A DNA stretch of 64,000 nucleotides from Eledone cirrhosa (Eukaryota). A program made the translations under genes and the position numbers. Positions 1 through 11,494 of this stretch are shown piece after piece. The stretch lies in assembly GCA_964016885.1 (NCBI GenBank), contig OZ024743.1:247318001-247382000 (forward strand), read 5' to 3'. Every line of letters starts with the position of its first letter. The first letter of the stretch is position 1. The notes under the pieces were generated by a model. That model worked only from the letters and a program-made list of their open reading frames with translations, did not search any database and had not been told where the DNA came from.

Positions 1-36
1 GGCCTTGTGCCAAATGTAGAAACAAGTATTTATTAC
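1..36 (+). mobile_element. 3' tail of a tRNA-derived SINE (same family as 5664-5844), cut by the window edge
   Basis: GGCCTTGTGCCAAATGTAGAAACAA matches the 3' end of the minus-strand SINE at 5664-5844 (GGCCTTGTGCCTAACGTAGAAACAA). Confidence 0.55.
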
Positions 37-2299
37 ATTAGCTACATTGTCAGCTCATATCAAATCTTGATCTTACTTTTATACAAATAGCTAAAATGAT
101 ATGTACTATACATGCACCTTTGACGAGTTGTAGTGCACCTGAGCACTTTACACAATAATTTCATATTATATTATATATTTCAAGTATAATAAACCATGTA
201 TGGAATAGTGGGCAAAATCCCTATATATTGAAGTGACAGTAAAATCCGATAAAAATGACGGCCGTATCCAACATGTAATATTTAACCACATTTGCAAATA
301 ACTACATAGATATTTTCGCTTCTCTTTTTTGTATTTTTTGTTGTTGTTATTGTTTTCTTTATTCACTTCTTTAATTACAATCGTTTAATCAAAATATCCA
401 GTACAACGGATCGGGTAATTTTACTTTCACTTCAATGTAGAAAAATGCTTATATAATTTTGTCCTCAAGTAAAGTAGTTGACAAAAATAAGTATTTTCTT
501 GATTAGTATATAATATAAGAAAAACATAAAACAAAGTCTGTACAGAGAAAAGTTTTCGGAAACTGCTATAGAGTAAAAGAAATAAAGTGCATGAGACACA
601 GCAAGAAAGAATACGCATGCGTGATCTTGCTATTATTTACAGCAGGTTTTCTGTTGTTTTAAGGGATAGAGAGAGAGTGAGAGTTGCGTAAGTATGTATA
701 TAGAGAAAGGAGGGGGTACGTAAGAGTGTGTGTATGTGAATAAAGTGATGTACGTCCGTTGTATGTAAAGTGGTGCGAGTTAGTTGAGTATATATATATG
801 TGATGTTTTCCTCGTTCTGTGTATATGTATGGCACCGCAATTGGAATTGGCAAACAAAATAAGGATAGGATAAAATTGTATACTAATTTCATTTTCTTGT
901 ATGTCCCTAACATCATGTCTCAGAAGATGCAGTAACTTCTAGCAATTAAAAAAAAATGGCATTAAAATGCTGATAATTTCCATAGTTTAGTTCATATTTG
1001 CACAACATGTTACATAACCCGGTGATGTTGAAATAAATTCTAACCAGAGGATATCGCAATGGCATGAGATTTATACTATACAAAATTCTGTTGCCCGTAT
1101 ATCCACATTATGGATTACACATTGTTTCATACTGAATATTTTAGGTTTCTCCTTGAGCTGAGAGTAAATATTTTAATTCTATTTCTTAATGAGCTGATCG
1201 ATATATATTACATTAACAGTATTTATTTCATTATCCTAAAATATACAAAGCGCAATGCTTCGTTATCCAAAGATTTACCAGAAGTTTTAATGAGCACAAA
1301 TAAACATTGAAATTTGCAGACAAATAGCATTTGTGCTACAAAGCTTAATATAATCAAATCTAAATCTACAGATAAAAAACTGAAATTACAAAAACAAACA
1401 ATAACTAAATACATCTAAAATCTAATAAACATAACAGCTAACGTTCGACTATTACAATGTTTGGGAGAAATTAGTTAATAACTGATGAGAATATCATTTA
1501 TTTCAAAATAGCCCATAACTATTGGAAGATGATATATACTACACAACAAATAGATACAAGACTATATTTCACTTGAGTGAAGAGAGAAATCCTAAATGCC
1601 GGTATAAGAGTAGAAATGCACACAAAAAAGAGGAAGCGAAAAGAAAATTAGCATTGGACCAATATCAGATGACGCTGAGCTGATGATGGCCTGATGGGGG
1701 TCTGCACCCGACACAAACGATGACTTGATCACAATTATTAGATGATGTCACTTTAGAAAGCTCACGACTAATCACAACCCCTTTCTTTTCTTTTACTGAC
1801 AGTAATATGTAGTTTAATTACAGATTAACCACTTGACTGTGTGTTATGATGCAGCCTTAACATATATGATACAGAACACACTCAGTATAACAATGGCAAC
1901 GGATTACAAACTTTTTTTAATTAAAGTAAAATCCTAAAAAATACATATTAAACAGAAAGACTTGGGTTGTAAATAAACATATACGTACACAATTACAAAA
2001 TATAAATACATGTATATATGTGTGAATTTATAAACGGGAGAAACAAGTAATCAATATATGTAAGGATTATTCATTTATTCGACTCATAAGATTTGTTATG
2101 TACGAGAACGCGAAACTCAGAGTAGCGATGGCGGGATAATATATAAAGTCAAGGAATTTTAATAGCATTTACTCGAGAAACCTATATATATGAACACAAC
2201 TATACATGAACACAAATTATTCCTTAAAGCTTCTATTCATTTCAAATAGGGGGGGGGGGGTTCCATCCATGTATTAGCTACCTTACAAAATTTAAATAT

Positions 2300-2640
2300 T
2301 TTGAAGCAACTCTTCAGTCTCTTTTCTCAAATCTATACATCATCATACGCTTTTCCAATAAGATGAAGTTGTAGCGAATATACAATATGGTAATCAGGTG
2401 GTGCCATTTCTCGTGAAAAAGGTGGATAATTTCTCAACACAGGTACATGGTCTTTTGCTGCATCAAGCATATCACATGCGTTGTCTTGGTGATACAGGAC
2501 ATCTTTCTGATACTTCATGAAGATCTTGACCAGCCCGTTCCAATTGATTACCTCGCTATTCTGCAATATCACTTACACTGTCGATTGAGAAGTTCGAAAT
2601 TACTTTGTTGTCCCACTAAAAAGAAAACTAAATTTTCCTT
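2300..2640 (-). mobile_element. Tc1/mariner transposase remnant (C-terminal catalytic region)
   Basis: ORF 2333..2572 reads VLYHQDNA...YPPFSREMAPPDYHIVYSLQLHLIGKAYDDV, matching the mariner motifs HDNARPH and YSPDLAPxDYHLFxSLQxxL. Degenerate; no TIRs identified. Confidence 0.8.
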
Positions 2641-3299
2641 ACATTGATAAGTTTCTATGAAGGGAAGTTAATTTCATTTTCTTAACATGAAATAAAAGTT
2701 CCTTTTAGATTTTTGTGCACAATGATAATCAGAATTTAAAGCATATAAAAATTATCACTGCGGGGTTTTACACTGTCTAATGGAATATATGTAATTACTG
2801 TACCATGCCAGAAGTAAATTACCCTGGGTTACATTCTATGAGCACTCTCAAAGCACCAACACAAATTCCAACATGTCGGCATTTGCCGTTGCAATTGTTA
2901 AGTTTAAATTCTACGAAGGAAATTGAAAGAACCATTATTTACACTTTCACACATTTAAAAGACTCCAGCGAATTAATATTCCATATCATTGAAGCATTGC
3001 ATGTCGATTGGGTCTTGTCATGCACTGTTACTAAACTATGAATTTGATGTGGATTAACTTATTGCGGGTAAATTTTGTTTAGGAAAGATATGTTTAACCG
3101 GTTGATAGAAGACTGAAGCATCACATACTATATATAAATGTTCAGAGTTCTTAAGCAAAGCGTCCTTTAGTCAATTTCCTGACAATATGATATTACATGT
3201 TTTACAAACATGATAGAATTTTTATATGCAAATTAATAACAAAACAGCAGACGAAAATATAACATAAATGTAATGATAAATAATAATTCAACAACTAAC

Positions 3300-3365
3300 C
3301 TTTATTACGTCCACAGGTCCCAGATTGAGTCTGTGGACGAAAGGGTTTTTCATGGGTTCAACCAT
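3300..3365 (-). CDS. Probable first coding exon of a lysophosphatidylcholine acyltransferase (LPCAT1/LPCAT2 family)
   Basis: ATG at 3365 gives MVEPMKNPFVHRLNLGPVDVIK followed by a phase-0 donor AAG|GTTAGT (intron starts 3299). NPFVHxLxL is the N-terminal motif I recall for LPCAT1/2, whose exon 1 ends at the equivalent position. No downstream exon was recognised in 1-3299. The paralogue cannot be assigned. Confidence 0.62.
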
Positions 3366-3599
3366 AAGTTGTTTGGAAATCTTGTATTCCGTCTTTACAA
3401 GGGAGAAACCGATACCGCTATTAAAGGATCCAATGCAGGGGTATCCGTTAATACGTGGGTAAATGAGAGATAGTAAAAATAAGTGCCAGGGAAAAAGATA
3501 GCCACCACAGAATATTTTCGATACTAAGAAGTAATATTCTAACACTAAACGTTTCAGCCAGCTGCAAAATGAAAGACAAAGCAGTGCAAACAGTGATAT

Positions 3600-3710
3600 T
3601 GATAAAATGGTGTCAGCAGTTGACACCTTAAAAACCCCACTTGACGTCGGCGACAACTTATCAAAAAAAAGATTATCAACTTCCTGTAGACCTGCGCAGA
3701 AGCGACTTAT
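3600..3710 (-). promoter_or_regulatory. Possible promoter/5' region of the LPCAT-like gene
   Basis: Locally CpG-enriched patch ~250-350 bp upstream of the ATG with TGACGTC (3642-3648, CRE-like), ACTTCCTGT (3679-3687, ETS-like) and CTGCGCAG (3692-3699). Motif-level evidence only. Confidence 0.3.
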
Positions 3711-4131
3711 TCTCCTAAAGTCTTGCTTTTTCTCTAAGAGTTGTTATTTTTTCAATAAATGTTTAAACTTTTATGTTTAAATTATTCTCTGCACAACTTT
3801 TATGTCTGGTGTTATATTTTCAATAAATGTTTAAGCTTTCCCACTTTAATTGTTTTGTGGCTTAATCTTTATAAATGCATGTAGAAAGAGTTTTTTTTTA
3901 TATCAGTGATTTATCAAAAATTTTTTTTTTTGCTAGAAATAAAATTATGAATATTATTAGAAAATATACTGTATATATTATATGAGCGTAAATTTAAAAC
4001 ACTAGGAAACTGAATATAATTAATTAATTAGGAAAACATAAGAAATAAAAAATAACTATTTGTTTTCAAAGAGAAATCTTGTATATCTTTAAAAGTACAA
4101 ACCTTCCCCCACCCCACCTATTAACCATTGC

Positions 4132-4345
4132 TTAACACTTCCATTACCATATTTCTGATAAAATATACTACCTATAGTTTTCAAATAATCTCGAAAATAA
4201 TGAAAAAACTTGTTAGGATTTTGCAAAATAACTAAATAACTTGTGTTTAAAGCATAATTTGAAAGGGTTTTTTAAATAAATATAAACACTTCAAAATAAA
4301 GTTTTGTATCATAGAATAAGGGTGGTTTGGTTTTAAAAGGGTTAA
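4132..4345. mobile_element. piggyBac-type non-autonomous element (MITE), degenerate
   Basis: Starts TTAACACTT and ends AAGGGTTAA (TTAA at both ends). A related copy lies in the opposite orientation at 13265-13520. Confidence 0.55.
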
Positions 4346-4570
4346 AATGTGTAGGACATTAGTATATTCTTAAATATTTCAGTATACAAACTATAATATA
4401 ATGTATATTCAATAATTAATACCCTGGAAATTATTGCACAAAATATTATTATTATTATTATTATTATTAATAAATAGATGACCTTTCAGGGGAGCCCAGC
4501 CATTGATAGATATTAATGGATAATAGAATTAGAGCATCAAATTTAATGCCTGGCTATATTTAGTTACCAT

Positions 4571-4720
4571 GGCAGTGAATCTGCAGAGACCTTAGGGCAA
4601 CGCATAGAATATCATGCAGTATTTTGTTCCAGTTTCCTGTGCTTTGAGTTCAAATCCTGATGAGGTCAACTTTGTCTCTCAGGTTCATTATATATATTGC
4701 TGGTAATGAATGGGGGCAAT
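4571..4720 (+). mobile_element. Old degenerate tRNA-derived SINE
   Basis: B-box-like GAGTTCAAATCC followed by GAGGTCAACTTTG, as in the better-preserved copy at 5664-5844. Confidence 0.5.
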
Positions 4721-4899
4721 TTTTCTTGCTTTCTTTCTCTTTTTCATTCTCTCAGAAAGAAATCAGGCTTGGAGTGGGATGGGCCCTAACAAATTAAAAT
4801 GACAAGATAGAAATTACTTATGTCCATAATTTCCCCAAGATTCTTCCCCCTCCCTAGTTCCCATCCCACACCATATAGTGCCCCCCCCCCCCGTATCAA

Positions 4900-5236
4900 G
4901 ACAAAAGTGCCCAGCCCACACTGTAAAGTTGTCATGTCGGCAACACAACAAAAAGTGCCCAGTCCACACTGTAATGTGGTCGTGTAGGTGACACAAAAAG
5001 TGCCCAGTCCACACTGTAAAGTGATCATGTAAGTGACATGACAAAAAACACCCAGCACATACTGTAGATGTGGTTGGCATTAGGAAGGGCATCCAGCTGT
5101 AGAAACCAAGCCAAAATCAGCCCCAGGTTAGCAAAACCCAGTCCTCTGACCTGATTCTCTCCCAAAGGATCAACCCGTCGTACACATGCTAGCGTGGAAA
5201 ATGGACATTAAATGAGGATAATGATGATGATGATGA
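4900..5236 (+). mobile_element. Solo 3' UTR of the RTE family (5'-truncated), with four ~45-48 bp internal subrepeats and a (GAT)n tail
   Basis: AAAAGTGCCCAGxCCACACTGTAA x4, then GGTTGGCATTAGGAAGGGCATCCAGCTGTAGAAAC and CATGCTAGCGTGGAAAATGGAC...(GAT)n; same organisation as 9790-10090. Confidence 0.8.
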
Positions 5237-5428
5237 GTATCCTTACAACTGCATGAGGAATTCAGGGCTTAATTAATTGAATTAATTATTTTAATTATTT
5301 GTTTACTTTCTGTGTTCAGATCTCTCAGTAGACTTATTTGTATTGCATATTTTCACTACTCCACTGAGTACAGCTCTATGCACCTTAGTTATGTGCAACA
5401 TTTCATTTTGGCTTAATATTTTCTAGTG

Positions 5429-5648
5429 CATTGGTTCTCAACTTATCATGGCATAGAGATCTTATATGATTTTCCAAAAATTGCAGAAACAATATTTTAC
5501 AAACTATCTCCATCCCCCTCATTTTAGTAGGTTTTACAAACAGAATTTATTCATATAAAATAAATGTTTATTAAATTTTTTATTTAAAGACACTTTATCT
5601 TGTGGAACATCGGAATTTCTTTTGCAGAACCCACTTTAGGAACCACTG
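5429..5648. mobile_element. hAT (Charlie-like) MITE
   Basis: Imperfect TIRs CATTGGTTCTCAA / TTAGGAACCACTG. The 8-bp flanks TTCTAGTG and CTCTAATA fit a decayed NTCTARAN-type TSD. Confidence 0.6.
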
Positions 5649-5663
5649 CTCTAATACATTAAT

Positions 5664-5844
5664 TGTTTCTACGTTAGGCACAAGGCCAGAAATTACCCAG
5701 TACATTACTGGTACTTTATTTTATCGACCCCGTAAGGATGAAAGGCAAAGTTAACCTCGGCGGGATTTGAACTCAGATCGTAAAGGGACGTAACTATGCT
5801 AGAAAGCATGGCGTCCGACCCTCTACCGATACTGCCAAGCCACC
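5664..5844 (-). mobile_element. tRNA-derived SINE with a conserved central domain (Meta-domain-like) and a 9-bp TSD
   Basis: Minus strand: A-box-like TGGCAGTATCGG, B-box GAGTTCAAATCCC, core GCCTTTCATCCTTACGGGGTCGATAAAATAAAGTACCAG. Direct repeat TACATTAAT at 5655-5663 and 5845-5853. Confidence 0.8.
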
Positions 5845-6049
5845 TACATTAATGATACTCTGTCATATGTGCAGTGTAAGTATTACATATTTTTAAGTCC
5901 TAGGGCTTGGGTTATGTATTTGTTTATCACAAAACTGGAAACATTCTCAGTTGTGTGAGCCAAGGTGTTGCAGTATTTCTGAGAAAGAGGCAAATATCTG
6001 GCCCATGACTCTTCTAGATACAAAATTAAAGATTTTAGTCAAAGTACTA

Positions 6050-6190
6050 GGCAAATTTGCAGAGTCATTACAATGTCAAATAGAATACTTTGCAATATTC
6101 AGTTTGGCTCCCTGTACTCTGAGTTCAAATTTCAATAAGATCAATTTCTCGCGTCATCCTTTTAAGTTGAATAAATTGAGTACCCAGCCA
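6050..6190 (+). mobile_element. Old degenerate SINE of the same family
   Basis: CTGAGTTCAAAT...TCATCCTTTTAAGTTGAATAAATTGAGTACCCAG resembles the B-box plus core of 5664-5844. Confidence 0.45.
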
Positions 6191-6210
6191 CCACATAGCT
6201 GTCTACCACT

Positions 6211-6288
6211 TTCTTCTTCTTCTTCTTCTTCTTCTTCTTCTTCTTCTTCTTCTTCTTCTTCTTCTTCTTCTTCTTCTTCTTCTTCTTC
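6211..6288. repeat. (TTC)n microsatellite
   Basis: About 26 perfect TTC units. Confidence 0.95.
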
Positions 6289-7007
6289 TATCACCCTACC
6301 AATAACCATCATGTAGCTGTCTTTCAATTATGTATCTATTCAACCTCCTTATGCACTCTTATCACAGGACTAGCAGTGGTAATGGGATCAGTTAGTTAAC
6401 CACTAGTGGAAAGATCAATGCCATTGGAGGCAAACACAGCCAGGTTTCACTCTAGGTATCTACATGACAGTAGATAAACAATTGCCGTTTATCCAGTAAG
6501 ACATTATTTACATACACTAAGTTTGATTTGAAAATCTGTCAGAACATCTTAATGTAGTGGTCTATACAGTTGTCCTATATACAACAGATGTGGTTCATTA
6601 TTTAAGATTAAGTTTATCATTAAAAATATATAATCTTGTAATATTAAATTGTGCAGATCAGCATTTTCCCCACAATGCTTGGCTGCACTTCTATCAGACC
6701 TAATAAGTTTAGATTTTTGCTTCTAATAAAGGGTCAACTTCTTTCTCTGAGGAAAGACATCTGTAAAACTCTTTTAAAACTATATAGCTTTCCTTCTGAC
6801 CAACCATGTAGTTATGCTCGAGCTAACAAATTTTTGGTACCATCTATTTCCATCATTTGCAATCATTTCAACAAAGGGTGCTTAGACTAAATCTATTCAC
6901 ACTTTTTTAAAGTAGGAAAACTGAATTAGAAGGCAGGCAAGCAGGCGTTAATTAGAAACCTAAATCTAAATTGGGGCATACATTTTATGAGATTATATTT
7001 CTAAATA

Positions 7008-7049
7008 GAAGAAGAAGAAGAAGAAGAAGAAGAAGAAAAAGAAGAAGAA
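7008..7049. repeat. (GAA)n microsatellite abutting the RTE 5' truncation point
   Basis: About 14 GAA units directly before the RTE frame begins. Confidence 0.9.
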
Positions 7050-10000
7050 ATAATATCAGCTTACGCACCCCAATCAGGGCTGCCAGACGAACTTAAGGAT
7101 AGGTTTTACGAGTCCCTAATGCACACTACTGCTCTAACAGACGACAATGACTTCCTAATCATCGCAGGAGATTTTAACGGACACATAGGTAAACACTGCA
7201 ATGGCTTCAATAGAGTACATGGAGGCCATGGGGTTGGCACAAGAAATGAGGAAGGATTCAGACTTCTAGAATTCTGCGACGCCAATGACATGTCGATATG
7301 TAACACAAACTTTAAAAGACCCGACAACCACCTGATCACCTATAGATCAGGGGAGCACTCTAGTCAGATAGATTTTATCCTCATCAGAGGACGTGACAGA
7401 TGGACGGTCGTAAACACAAAAGCCTTCCCTAGTGAGGAATGTACATCCCAACATAGCTTAGTTGTCAGCGACCTCACAGTCAGAACTAGACGAACCTGGA
7501 AACAGAGGCCAACCTGGAGAAGAAAGATCTGGAAGCTGAAAGACCCCTCAACCAGTAACAGATTTAAAGATATTTTACTCAACGCCTACGACAATAAAGA
7601 AGAACAGATAGAGACATTCAATGTAGAAGAGAACTGGGAGTTCCTAAAAAATAACTTACTCGAGGCGACGGATGAGGTTTGTGGCTGGAGTAAGACCTCA
7701 AGCAGGAGGAGAGTGAATTGGTGGTGGAACAATAAGGTAGATGAGGAAGTTAAGGCCAAGAGACAGGCATGGAAAGAATGGAAGAACGGGGGGAGCAGGG
7801 TACATTACATAGAGACCAAGAGGGAAGCTAGGTGACAAGTATACTTAGCTAGGAGGGAAGCAGAGGATAGAAAATTCAAGCATGTTTTGCAATGTGAGGA
7901 CCAGAAACAGGAGGTGTTCAAGATTTCGAGGCAGTGTGTCAGAGAGAATTGTGATGTCATTGGAGAGAAGTGTATCCGGAATGATAAAGGTGAGCTTGCC
8001 CTCACAAGTGCTGAGAAGAAAGATGCATGGAAGAGTCATTATGATTGATTACTAAATGACGAGAATGCATGGGAAGAAGAGACCCTACCCCAAGTAGACC
8101 CTATAGAGGGGCCAGCAGTACAAGTCAGCAGCAACGTAGTAAGTAAGGCAATCAAAGATATGAAGATGGGGAAGGCAACCGGTCCATCGGGTATAGCTGC
8201 CGAGATGCTGAAGGCATCTGGGTCTGTAGGTCACACTATAACCACACGTATTGTTAACCAAGTAATACTAGAAGGTGTCATACCAAAAGATTGGTGCAGT
8301 AGCATCATTGTCAACTGCTGCAAAGGTAAAGGTGATGCACTAGATAGAGGAAACTATAGAGGTATAAAGCTGATGGACTAGGTCATGAAAGTAACAGAAA
8401 GAGTTATAGCACAGTTGATTAGGGACCGGGTGAAACTAGACGAGATGCAATTTGGGTTTGTACCGGGAAGAGGCACCACTGATGCCCTCTTCCTTGTGAG
8501 GCAGTTACAGGAAAAGTACCTAGCTAAAAGTAAGCCACTCTACCTGGCATTTGTCGACCTTGAGAAAGCCTTTGACAGAGTTCCACGTGCTGTAATCTGG
8601 TGGGCTCTTAGAAAACTAGGAGTAGATGAATGGCTCGTGAAAGCAGTACAAGCCATGTATAGGGGAGCAGTCAGCAAAGTTAGGATTAGCAATGAGTATA
8701 GCGAGGAATTTAGCGTACAGGTTGGGGTCCACCAGGGCTCTGTTCTTAGCCTCCTCCTGTTCATCATAGTCCTGCAGGCAATAATGGAGGAGTTTAAGAC
8801 CGGATGCCCATGGGAACTCCTGTATGCTGATGACCTCGCACTTATAGCTGAATCTATGGTAGAACTAGAGAAGAAATTCCAAACTTGGAAGCAGGGACTA
8901 GAAAGAAAGGGTCTCAAAGTCAACATGACAAAGACTAAGGTCCTTGTAAGTAGACGAGAAAACAGATCCCAGATCCCCTCAGGGAAATGGCCTTGCTCAG
9001 TATGTAGGAAAGGTGAAGGTAGGAACTCCATTCTCTGCCCCAAATGCAAACAATGGGTACACAAGAGATGTAGCGGGATCTCAGGAAGCTTAATTAAGAA
9101 TGTAGGCTTCACATGTAGCAGCTGTGCTGGGACAGCAAGCAGCAAACTGTCACAGGAAACAAGTACCACCAATCTCTGGGAGGGCTCTGTAGAAACAGTA
9201 GACAGCTTCTGCTACCTAGGTGACCGAATTAGCAGCGGAGGTGGGTGTTCAGAAAGTACAATAACTAGGGTAAGAACGTGATGGAAGAAGTTTAGGGAAC
9301 TACTACCACTGCTAGCTGCAAAAGGCTTCTCCCTCAAAATGAAAGGCAGACTGTATGATGCATGTATCCGAACAGTGATGTTGCATGGTAGTGAGACCTG
9401 GGCGCTGAAGGTGGAAGACTTACGTAGATTAGAGAGAAACGAAGCCTGCATGCTCCGATGGATGTGTAACAGTAATATACGTGAACGACAAAGCATAAAT
9501 GAATTGAGAGAGAGACTGAGCATAAGAGGAATCAAATGCTGTGTGCAGGAGAGGCGGTTGCGCTGGTATGAACATGTGATGCGTATGAAGGACGACAGCT
9601 GCATAAAAAGGTGCAGAGCACTAGAAGTCGATGGAAACCGCGGAGTGGGGAGACCCAAGATGACCTGGGATGAGGTGATAAAAGCCGACCTTACCCAACT
9701 ACACCTCTCAAAGACAATGACACACGACCGTGACTTCTGGCGTCACACAGTAATACAGGGTACCCGACCTCCCATGGGTACAAGCTGAAGCATATAGACA
9801 ATATGCCTCCACACACCCCACCGCAAGGTGGTCGTGGAGGTGCCACAGCAAAAAAGCACCCAGCCCACACTGTAAAGTGGACGTGTAGGCGCCACGAAAA
9901 AGCACCCAGCACTCACTGTAAATGAGGTTGGTGTTAGGAAGGGCATCCAGCTGTAGAAATCAAGCCAAATCAGTTCCTGTATGAGCAAGGCATGGTCAGC

Positions 10001-10090
10001 CGACCAGACACTGCCACAACAGGACAACCCGTCTAACCCATGCTAGCGTGGAAGAACGGACATAAAACGGTGATGATGATGATGATGATG
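7050..10090 (+). mobile_element. RTE-clade non-LTR retrotransposon, 5'-truncated within the APE domain (EN-RT-PHD-C-term, 3' UTR, (GAT)n tail)
   Basis: One frame from 7050 to 9788: IISAYAPQ, IIAGDFNGHIG, QIDFIL (APE); NYRGIKL, QFGFVPGRGTTDA, FVDLEKAFDRV, GVHQGSVLS, LLYADDL (RT); RLRWYEHVMRM...GRPKMTW (RTE C-terminus). Only 4 in-frame stops (7833, 8046, 8379, 9279) and no frameshift. 3' UTR 9789-10070, then (GAT)n. Confidence 0.95.
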
Positions 10091-10119
10091 AATCTCAAAA
10101 ACGCTGAATTATGTTCCAT

Positions 10120-10470
10120 TATTCTTTTTCTTCACCCACTTATTCATGGGAGGTTCGGAGGGGTGGCAGAATCCTCAAACACTCCTTCCAGCAGGTCCTG
10201 TCAGAAGCAACCATCTCCAACTGATCCAGGTGGATTCCCTAGTGAGACCAGCCGAGCTCAGGGATGTTACCTAACTATCTTACTCAGGGTCTACCCCTGG
10301 GTCTCCTGCCAGTTGGTTTTGCCTGTAAAATCTGCCCAGCAATTCTTTCCTGAGACATTCTAACCACATGCCCATAGTATCGGAGTTGTGATCTCTCAAT
10401 TCAGAGAAGTAGTGGCTCTACCTGAAGTGACTCTCTGATCCCTGAGCTACATACTCTATCGAGTAATATT
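10120..10470 (-). mobile_element. 3' coding end of a second RTE family (Expander/Rex3-like)
   Basis: Minus-strand translation LLDRVCSSGIRESLQVEPLLL*IERSQLRYYGHVVRMSQERIAGQILQAKPTGRRPRGRP. Confidence 0.75.
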
Positions 10471-10599
10471 CTCTACTAACATTATTTGTTCCATCTGTTC
10501 AAAATCCATCATCATCATGTTCATATATTCTATGTTTGACATGGTTTCTAAGGTTAGATGTTCTTCTTAATACCAATCACTTTACATAGTGCACTGGGA

Positions 10600-10830
10600 G
10601 CATTTTATCATGGTGTCATTCATTGTTATGTGTATGTGATGCTTAGGGATGATGATTGTCAGGGAAAAAAGTGTCAAGCACTCCCAGTGGAAGGAAACTG
10701 TGGAAGAGAATGACTGAAGAAAACCTGGGCTAATCCTAGACGATATGCAAAAAGTGGAGGGAAGCTGTGCTGGAGAAAAACCATCCAACGCATACAAGCA
10801 TGGAAAAGTGGTTGTAAAAGGATGATGTTT
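10600..10830 (+). mobile_element. Degenerate RTE 3' end fragment
   Basis: CQALPVEGNCGR..KKTW..WREAVLEK-like coding remnant, then CATACAAGCATGGAAAAGTGG and a GATGATG tail. Confidence 0.55.
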
Positions 10831-10919
10831 AGAAAATGATCAATTTTCCAATTATTAGTATGTGAATTATCCTTGTGAAAATACCCCTGTATATCATCCT
10901 TCTCCACCGTCACCCCCAT

Positions 10920-11280
10920 ACAGTAGAAAGGGCTCTTCAGTTGACTCGAAGATTCACAACCTCTTTAGTGTCAGTGCCACAAAAAAATGCATCCACTACA
11001 CTTTGTATGGTGGTTGATAATAGGAAGAGCATTCTGCTGTTAAAAACCATGTAATAATGGATTGAGAGGACTCAACAAGACTGCATGGGGTTGATGAGGA
11101 GTTCATTAGTCATGGTGAAGGCAGCTTGTATAGGAAAGAAGTCATTCTGAATAAAAGCTTTTACAGTGTAGAGAGGACCCTTAGGTCCTGTTAGATAACC
11201 TCTCTACAGCTGGTGGCATGATAAAATGCTGTAAAGTGGTTGGTGGTAGGAAGGGCATCCTGCCAAAACAACGCAGCCAA
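10920..11280 (+). mobile_element. Two degenerate copies of the RTE UTR motif upstream of the old RTE copy
   Basis: GTGGTTGATAATAGGAAGAGCATTCTGCTGT and GTAAAGTGGTTGGTGGTAGGAAGGGCATCC resemble 9920-9960. Confidence 0.5.
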
Positions 11281-11494
11281 GGATCATTGAAAGCACAACT
11301 TACAACTTATACACTAATTGTGAATGCAGGACTAATACTAATCATGTTAGTGCTATGCATAGTAGTGGATTGGCTGATCTAGTCATGTATGAGAAACCCC
11401 TGACTATCATTGAGCAATTACACTACCATTCTCCCTTTTAGCTACAGAAAGCTGCAACCAGTAGATGAATAAGTCACTATTGTCAGTTAACACA

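Noticed and set aside
2080-2130. CGAAACTCAGAGTA, resembling a hammerhead 3' half
   Set aside because: No CUGAnGA or convincing stems I/II upstream.
3288-3656. 122-aa ORF as a complete gene
   Set aside because: Non-ATG start, and only the last ~22 codons before a splice donor resemble a known protein; the rest is probably 5' UTR.
4786-5092. Repetitive Cys-rich ORFs (TLQCGLGTF x3)
   Set aside because: Antisense translation of the RTE 3' UTR subrepeats.
5951-6316. 121-aa ORF with poly-Ser
   Set aside because: Product of a decayed SINE plus the (TTC)n microsatellite.
8540-9658. Long antisense ORFs (210 aa, 148 aa) within the RTE
   Set aside because: Shadow frames of the RT coding strand, with no recognisable motifs.
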